In this document: positions 58,197 through 64,000 of the stretch, piece by piece
Layout: every line of letters starts with the position of its first letter
Numbering within the stretch: position 1 is the first letter of the stretch
NCBI GenBank assembly: GCA_965212015.1
Contig: OZ243037.1
Location: 96,001-160,000 of the forward strand
Source of the DNA: Cenarchaeum sp.
GTDB taxonomy: Archaea > Thermoproteota > Nitrososphaeria > Nitrososphaerales > Nitrosopumilaceae
Direction: 5' to 3'
Length of the DNA stretch: 64,000 bases
Notes under the pieces: model-generated
Told to the model about the DNA's origin: nothing
What the model saw: the letters and a program-made list of their open reading frames with translations, nothing else
The model's database searches: none
Program-made: the position numbers and the translations under genes

Positions 58197-60293
58197 TCAT
58201 CCTAGTCCGATCCTAACGTCCAGTATCTTGCATCCCGCGCCCTCCTCGAGGACCAGCACGGGATTCATGTCAAGCTCCCTGATCTCCCCAAAGTCCGTCA
58301 CCAGCTGCGAGAGCCTCTGGATGCAATCTGATAGCGCGGCCGTATCTGATGGCCTTTCGCCCCTGACGCCCTGCAGGATCTTTTTCATCCTGATCTCCGA
58401 TATCATCTCGTCTGCCTCCCTGTCGGTGACGGGGGCAAGCCTGAAAGTGACGTCCTTGAGGACCTCCACGTAAATCCCGCCCATTCCCAGCATTATGACA
58501 GGACCCATTCCCGGTTCCAGCTTTGAGCCTATTATCATCTCCTTTCCGCCCTTTACCATCTCTACTACAAGCACCCCCCTGATCTCGGCGTCTTTGTCGT
58601 ATCTTTTGGCGTTTGCCACGATCGTCTCATATGCGTCCCTGACGTCCCTGCCGCCGGCCAGATTTACCATTACGCCTCCTGCGTCTGACTTGTGGACTAT
58701 TTGCGGCGACACAATCTTCATGACCACCGGGTACCCGATCTTTTCTGCTGCACTTTCTGCCTCGTCCCTGCTGCCTGCCAGCATGCTTTTTGGCAGCGGC
58801 AGGCCGTATGCGCGCAGCACCTCCTGGCCCTCTTCTTCGAGCAGGACTGTCCTGTTTTCCTTTTTTAGCCGCCCGAAAATCTCACTGACCTTGGATTTTT
58901 CCGCACTGAATTCGCGTATCTTTCCGGGCTCTTGGCCGGTCCACCTTGAGAACTTTAGCATTGCATCCAGCGTGCGAATCGCGCCTTCTGCGTACGAATA
59001 GTACGGAATGCTGCCTGCCGCCAGAATCTCACGATTGGTGACGCCCTCGTCCAGGCCCATCAAACTTGCAAGCATTGTCTTTTTGTGCTTTTTTGACATT
59101 TCCACTATCACCTTGGCCAGCTCGTCATAGTCCAGCGTGCCTGACGGCGTGCACATTGAAATCACAGAGCCCACATTGGGATGGCCAAGGACGCGATCCA
59201 GCACGTCTCTGAACCTGTTGAAATCCGCATCACCCACAATGTCCACCGGATTGCGCGAGCTTCCCCACGGGGGGATCACACTGTCAATCTCCGGCCTGAT
59301 GCTCTGGATTTGCGCCATCTTTATCCCCATCCTGGAGCATGCGTCAGTTGAAATGATTGCAGGCCCGCCTGCGTTTGACACTATTACCAGCCCCTCCCCC
59401 GGAAGCGGCTGCTTTGAGAAGGCAGTGGCATAGTCGAATAGCTCCTCCATGGTGTCGACTCGTATCGCCCCGGACTGCCTGAGAAGCGCATCGTAAATCT
59501 CGTCGGATCCCATCAGGGCCCCGGTGTGCGACATTGCGGCCTTTGCCCCCTCAGGACTGCGCCCGGATTTCAGCACGAGTACGGGTTTTTTAATCTCGCG
59601 GGTTATCCTTTTGCAGATCCTTAGGAACTCTTGGCCGTCTCCCATGTCCTCAAGATACATGACTATCACCCTGGTCTGCGCGTGATCTGCCAGCATCCTT
59701 AGCACGTCAATCTCGCCCATTACTGCCTTGTTTCCCATGCTTATCACCGCAGAAAACCCTATTCCCTGCGCGCTTGCATCCTCGCAGAGGGCCGCACATA
59801 TGGCCCCGCTCTGAGATACCAGTGCTATGTGGCCTGACTTTGGCGTAATCTTGAGAAAAGTCGAGTTCATCATGGTATTTGGATCCAGGTTCATGACGCC
59901 AAGGCAGTTCGGCCCGATCATGCCAATGTTGTATTTTTCAGCAATGTCCTTTAGGCGCTGCTCTAGTGCGGCACCGTCCTTGTCCACCTCCTTAAAGCCG
60001 GCGGTAATCACCACTGCGCCCCTGATTTTTTTCCTGCCGCACTCTTCTAGGACGCCGGGCACCAGGGTGTTTTTTATCACTATTACTGCAAGATCTATCG
60101 CGTCGGGTACGTCAAGGACCGACTTGAAGGCCCTTTTGCCAAACACCTCTGCCCTTGTGGGGCTGATGGGAAAGATTGCCCCCCTAAAGCCGTTCATTAT
60201 GTTTGACGTGATGGTGCGTCCCACGCTTCCCTGCTTGTCTGATGCGCCAATCACCGCAATTGACTTTGGGGACAAAAAAACAGACTCTGTCAT
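58197..60293 (-). CDS. ADP-forming acyl-CoA synthetase, probably 4-hydroxybutyrate-CoA ligase
   Basis: IAVIGAS, IGPNCLG, SQSGA, SHTGAL, HKSDAGGV, LDMNP; next to hcd. Confidence 0.88.
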   Translation of the reverse strand: MTESVFLSPKSIAVIGASDKQGSVGRTITSNIMNGFRGAIFPISPTRAEVFGKRAFKSVLDVPDAIDLAVIVIKNTLVPGVLEECGRKKIRGAVVITAGFKEVDKDGAALEQRLKDIAEKYNIGMIGPNCLGVMNLDPNTMMNSTFLKITPKSGHIALVSQSGAICAALCEDASAQGIGFSAVISMGNKAVMGEIDVLRMLADHAQTRVIVMYLEDMGDGQEFLRICKRITREIKKPVLVLKSGRSPEGAKAAMSHTGALMGSDEIYDALLRQSGAIRVDTMEELFDYATAFSKQPLPGEGLVIVSNAGGPAIISTDACSRMGIKMAQIQSIRPEIDSVIPPWGSSRNPVDIVGDADFNRFRDVLDRVLGHPNVGSVISMCTPSGTLDYDELAKVIVEMSKKHKKTMLASLMGLDEGVTNREILAAGSIPYYSYAEGAIRTLDAMLKFSRWTGQEPGKIREFSAEKSKVSEIFGRLKKENRTVLLEEEGQEVLRAYGLPLPKSMLAGSRDEAESAAEKIGYPVVMKIVSPQIVHKSDAGGVMVNLAGGRDVRDAYETIVANAKRYDKDAEIRGVLVVEMVKGGKEMIIGSKLEPGMGPVIMLGMGGIYVEVLKDVTFRLAPVTDREADEMISEIRMKKILQGVRGERPSDTAALSDCIQRLSQLVTDFGEIRELDMNPVLVLEEGAGCKILDVRIGLG

Positions 60294-60347
60294 GCTTATG
60301 AGACCGGGGCAATTTCCATAATAAAGCTAACCACGGGGAATCCCGCC

Positions 60348-60704
60348 CTAGCTTCCTAGCATCTTTCCGGCCGGATTTTCGGCCCTTGGAATCCACCTGA
60401 TCTCAAGGCCTGGACACCTTGCGATGATGGGCCACGCCTGCCTTGCCAGCTCTTTGAGCTTTTCGCTGTTTATTGAATAGTCGTGGTTTAGCTGGCAGAC
60501 GGTGTTCTTTGAGTCGCTGTACACGGTGAGCACCTCGCCTGTGCCGCAGAATTTCTCTAGCGCGGCAATGATGGCCATGTATTCTGCCTGGTTGTTGGTA
60601 ATGCCGGGCATTTTCCTGTAAAACGACTCGCCTGTCTCCTTTACGAAATAGCCGAATCCAGAGTCGGGCCCGCCGCCCCCGTCGACGTATACGCTAAGCG
60701 TCAT
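60348..60704 (-). CDS. rnhA: Ribonuclease HI-like protein
   Basis: VYVDG, TNNQAEY, YSDS, WIPRAEN.A. Confidence 0.85.
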   Translation of the reverse strand: MTLSVYVDGGGGPDSGFGYFVKETGESFYRKMPGITNNQAEYMAIIAALEKFCGTGEVLTVYSDSKNTVCQLNHDYSINSEKLKELARQAWPIIARCPGLEIRWIPRAENPAGKMLGS

Positions 60705-61132
60705 TCCCTGTACAGCCTCGTAATCTTTACGCCGAGGTTCAACACGGCCATGTATGCCGACGTGGATATGGCCTGCGACACAATGGATGCGATGTATGGA
60801 TCATAGCTCAGCGTGAGAAGATAGTACTGCAGCACCCACCTGATGACGGTGTATACTGCCTCCGCTATGCCGAGCGAGGATATGATTTTTATCAGATCCG
60901 TCCTCAGGGCGGACCTGTCGGCGGCGTATTTTTTCCTGTTGTCAAGATAGTACAGTCCGCCAAACGTGGAAAAATAAACCACATAGTCTGCAATCAGAGT
61001 GTATGTCGTGTTGAGATAGTCCTGCTCGCCTTTCAGGGCCTGTGCCACTACTGCCGATACCGCAATGGATGCGGCCAGTCCCAAAAGGACGTTCCTGTTG
61101 AGCCTCATGTACTGCCGGTATCTCGAATCCAT
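60701..61132 (-). CDS. Hypothetical membrane protein (GtrA-like)
   Basis: Four hydrophobic segments. Confidence 0.6.
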   Translation of the reverse strand: MDSRYRQYMRLNRNVLLGLAASIAVSAVVAQALKGEQDYLNTTYTLIADYVVYFSTFGGLYYLDNRKKYAADRSALRTDLIKIISSLGIAEAVYTVIRWVLQYYLLTLSYDPYIASIVSQAISTSAYMAVLNLGVKITRLYRE

Positions 61133-61163
61133 GCCGGGACTTGGGGTGCGGCCACAAATAAAA

Positions 61164-61448
61164 CTAGTCCATTGAGATCTTTAGGAATATGACGAGTCCG
61201 GCAAGCTCTGCGATTCCCACCCCCAGCAGGTACGGAAATATGTCGTGTGAGAACAGCATCTCTATGGAAAAGTACGCCATTGCGCCTATGACGTTGTGCA
61301 GGAACAGCATACCTGCGACTACTATCATTCCAAGCGGCAGCTGCGCCTTGGTCTGCGAGTATATCCTTCCAAAGTTCACCATCAGCACCCCCAATACTGC
61401 CATATTTGCAATCGAGACGGCAGAAAGCACGGCAGTAGTGGGCTCCAT
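61164..61448 (-). CDS. Small three-TM membrane protein
   Basis: Three hydrophobic helices; adjacent to a wHTH regulator. Confidence 0.7.
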   Translation of the reverse strand: MEPTTAVLSAVSIANMAVLGVLMVNFGRIYSQTKAQLPLGMIVVAGMLFLHNVIGAMAYFSIEMLFSHDIFPYLLGVGIAELAGLVIFLKISMD

Positions 61449-61472
61449 TGGGTGTTTTGCAGCCGTATGTGC

Positions 61473-61775
61473 TTATTTACTTTTTTCCAGTTTCGTTACA
61501 ATTTCGTCTAGCGCCCCGATGTTGACTTCGAGAAAAGTCGAGATGAAATAGGTAACGCCGTATTTTTCACCCTCCTTTGCTATGAGGTTGTTCTTTTCCA
61601 GCACCCTTATGTGGTGCTGGATTGCCTTGTAGTCGAGGCCCATCTGTACTGCAATCTGGTTTATGTTCGACGGCCTGTCCCTTAGGATCCCTATTATTTT
61701 CAGCCTGTTCATGCCGCCACGGGTGCCTACAAAAATAAACCACAATAGCCGCTTTGCATGAGGATCATCTTTCAT
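61473..61775 (-). CDS. ArsR-like winged-helix transcriptional regulator
   Basis: LLWFIF.GTRGG.NR, DYKAIQHH..VL, YG..YF. Confidence 0.9.
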   Translation of the reverse strand: MKDDPHAKRLLWFIFVGTRGGMNRLKIIGILRDRPSNINQIAVQMGLDYKAIQHHIRVLEKNNLIAKEGEKYGVTYFISTFLEVNIGALDEIVTKLEKSK

Positions 61776-61875
61776 GTTTTACGGGATTTGCACCCAAATA
61801 CATTAAAAGGTATTATTTTGGCCCGTTTGCAGGCGCCCGGACCGCCAGAAATGTGGTAAAAATAAAAGGCCGTAC

Positions 61876-62772
61876 ATGACAGGGGTGTATAGGATGCTAG
61901 AATACGACGCCCCCCTGTACAGGCCGCCGTCTGAGGCCAGATCCACGATATTCCAGGTGACCCTGGGATGCTCCTTTAACGAGTGCTCCTTTTGCGACAT
62001 GTACCGCTCCAAGGAATACCGGGAAAGGCCGTGGGATGATGTGAAATCCGAGATAGACCTGATGGCAAGACACATGCCGGAGACAAGGAGGGTCTTTCTT
62101 GCAGACGGCGACGCACTCAACCTTGATGCGGACTATATGGTGAGGATTGTAAAATACATCGGCGAAAAATTCCCGAATCTGGAGAGGATTTCATGCTATG
62201 CCATGCCGATGAACATACTCAAAAAGACCCCCGAGGAGCTCGAAAAAATGCGCAACGCCGGCCTTGCAATGCTGTACCTGGGAATCGAGAGCGGCTCTGA
62301 CCTGATACTGAAAAAAGTCACAAAGGGTGCCGTCGGAAGCACCATAATCAGGTCGGTAAACAAGGCAAAAGACGCCGGATACGCAATGTCCTGCATGATC
62401 ATCCTGGGACTCGGTGGGAGGGACAACTCCAAGGAGCACATACGGGGGACTGCGCACGTGATAAACTCGTGCACGCCGGACTATGTCGGCGCCCTTACGC
62501 TGTACCTGGAAAACGGAATTAAAGAAGAGTTTCATGCAAAGTTCGGCGAAGAGTTTGTTCCGGTGTCTGATGATGAGGCCCTATCTGAGCTCGAGGATCT
62601 GGTGGACAGCATTGACGTAAAAAAAGACGTCGTGTTCAGGGCCAACCACGGCTCCAATGCGTATATGGTAAAGGGGACGTTTCCGCACGACAAGGGTGCC
62701 ATGCTGGAAAAAATCTCGTGGATGAAGGCCCACCCTGACGTTGCCAGGCCAAAGGGCCTGCGCGGATTCTAG
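61876..62772 (+). CDS. Radical SAM protein
   Basis: YRPPSEA, CSFNECSFC (CxxxCxxC), FLADGDA, GIESG. Confidence 0.9.
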   Translation: MTGVYRMLEYDAPLYRPPSEARSTIFQVTLGCSFNECSFCDMYRSKEYRERPWDDVKSEIDLMARHMPETRRVFLADGDALNLDADYMVRIVKYIGEKFPNLERISCYAMPMNILKKTPEELEKMRNAGLAMLYLGIESGSDLILKKVTKGAVGSTIIRSVNKAKDAGYAMSCMIILGLGGRDNSKEHIRGTAHVINSCTPDYVGALTLYLENGIKEEFHAKFGEEFVPVSDDEALSELEDLVDSIDVKKDVVFRANHGSNAYMVKGTFPHDKGAMLEKISWMKAHPDVARPKGLRGF

Positions 62773-63203
62773 GCTGCGGCAAAGTCCGGATTCAGGTACA
62801 CCACCTTGTACACTATGGCGGTGTATTCGCCTGAAAACGGCGCAACTGTAACGCCGTCGCTGACGTTTCTTACCCTGAACTTGTATTCGTACGTGTCATC
62901 CTCGCCCACGTCGACCTGGGCAAAATGCACCCCGTCCATTCCCGAATACATTTGGATTATGACCGGGTATCCGTCCACGTGGTTTGCAATCTTTCCCTCG
63001 ACGAATCCCCACGGCAGGGCATTGTCTGCCGGAACGTTGAACTCGACAGTCGTCTTTTCCAGCCCCATGACGTCGTTTATCGGAATTATCTCAGAGTGTG
63101 TGTGCTCGTCTGCCATTATTAGCCCCGCGTGGGGGTGCGCATAGGCCGGGACGCCAAGCATCATTATGGCGCCAAAAAGCACGCCGAGCAGGTATCCCCT
63201 CAT
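62769..63203 (-). CDS. Secreted hypothetical protein
   Basis: Signal peptide ending AYA-HPH; His-rich N-terminus. Confidence 0.7.
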   Translation of the reverse strand: MRGYLLGVLFGAIMMLGVPAYAHPHAGLIMADEHTHSEIIPINDVMGLEKTTVEFNVPADNALPWGFVEGKIANHVDGYPVIIQMYSGMDGVHFAQVDVGEDDTYEYKFRVRNVSDGVTVAPFSGEYTAIVYKVVYLNPDFAAA

Positions 63204-63236
63204 GGAGTTACATTGGGACTGCTTTGTATTAAATTT

Positions 63237-63400
63237 TTAACGCATGGGTTTGTACGTGGTCACTACCAGCCTGACAGCCTCGCCTGCCATGCACAGGCCG
63301 TATGCCCTCCATGTCAGGACGCACTTGACAAAGCTTGACATCCGCTTCATGACATCCTTGATCTGCCCGCTTATCTTGCGAAACACCACACCATGATTGG
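63237..63400 (-). mobile_element. Possible IS66-type transposase C-terminal remnant
   Basis: VVFRKISGQIK..MKRMSSFVKCVLTWRAYG resembles the V..RKISG....T W end of IS66 transposases. Confidence 0.4.
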
Positions 63401-63601
63401 AACCAATCTCTCCTTGATCGTATGGCCTGTGGCCGGCCAAAGCCGGCCTTGGTAAGTGATCGGGCCGTGATTCCGGCCCGGATGGTTCTTGGTAGGAGGG
63501 CCGGCCAAAGCCGGCCCGACGGTGTGGGGATACGGGGCTCCCGTCTCGATATAGATGGTTAAAATACCACGAATCCGAATCAGGGGTAATTGGCCGGCAA
63601 A

Positions 63602-64000
63602 ATGGAGTTGATTTTGGGCATACTGCGCATACGGCAGTATGCCGCAATTGCGGTACTTGGATCTGCCGGGCTGGGAGTACTGTATTATTTTCTGACAATG
63701 TCCATGCTGTATGAGCATTTTGACAAAATCGGACCGTCCCAGCCGTATGTTGCCGCCGCGCTTGGACTTACTGCGGCAATCTCTGCTCTGGCGGGAGTCA
63801 ACTTTGCCATGATGGCCTACAAGATAAGAAAAATGAGAATGATGAATTCCGTAAAGTCAAACTCGTCTGCGCTTTTTGGCGGGGTTTTTGCCGCCTTTAC
63901 CCCTGGATGTCCTGCGTGCACGGCTCCGCTTGCCGTGATTCTCGGCGCAGTAGGCGGGCTGTCGCTGTTTCCGATGCAGGGCCTGGAGCTAAAACTGATA
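63602..64000 (+). CDS. Membrane protein with GCPAC motif (3'-partial)
   Basis: Open from ATG 63602 to the window end; several TM segments, TPGCPACTAPL. Confidence 0.7.
   Translation, partial: MELILGILRIRQYAAIAVLGSAGLGVLYYFLTMSMLYEHFDKIGPSQPYVAAALGLTAAISALAGVNFAMMAYKIRKMRMMNSVKSNSSALFGGVFAAFTPGCPACTAPLAVILGAVGGLSLFPMQGLELKLI

Overview
Archaeal chromosome segment from an ammonia-oxidising thaumarchaeote (Nitrosopumilaceae-like). The core genes are GC-rich, which resembles sponge-associated lineages; that placement is inference. Most of the window is housekeeping: 2-oxoacid:ferredoxin oxidoreductase, 3HP/4HB carbon-fixation enzymes (methylmalonyl-CoA mutase, epimerase and MeaB; 4-hydroxybutyryl-CoA dehydratase; ADP-forming ligase), ppdK, ilvC, mqnD, birA, cysS, nadE, ahcY, metG, purU, LSm-rpl37e, rpiA, TFB, and tRNA-Leu(TAG) and tRNA-Ala(CGC). 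The interesting part is the accessory region at 8.3-18.5 kb. (1) A HYR/FG-GAP surface protein whose promoter-proximal ATG is put out of frame by a C8 tract, a candidate phase-variation switch. (2) About 1 kb of direct repeat (surface-gene 3' end plus cofE 3' end; period 4657 bp) brackets an integrase-less cassette. The cassette holds an IS630 remnant, an AvcD-type (kinase-like plus deaminase) anti-phage dCTP deaminase preceded by hairpins, two paralogous unannotated 36/39-aa microprotein genes with their own TATA boxes, and a nested field of 9-bp, 28-bp and ~300-bp repeats. (3) An AbiEi/AbiEii type IV toxin-antitoxin pair whose toxin has a nonsense codon in the catalytic motif. All calls come from reading motifs by eye; no searches were run.
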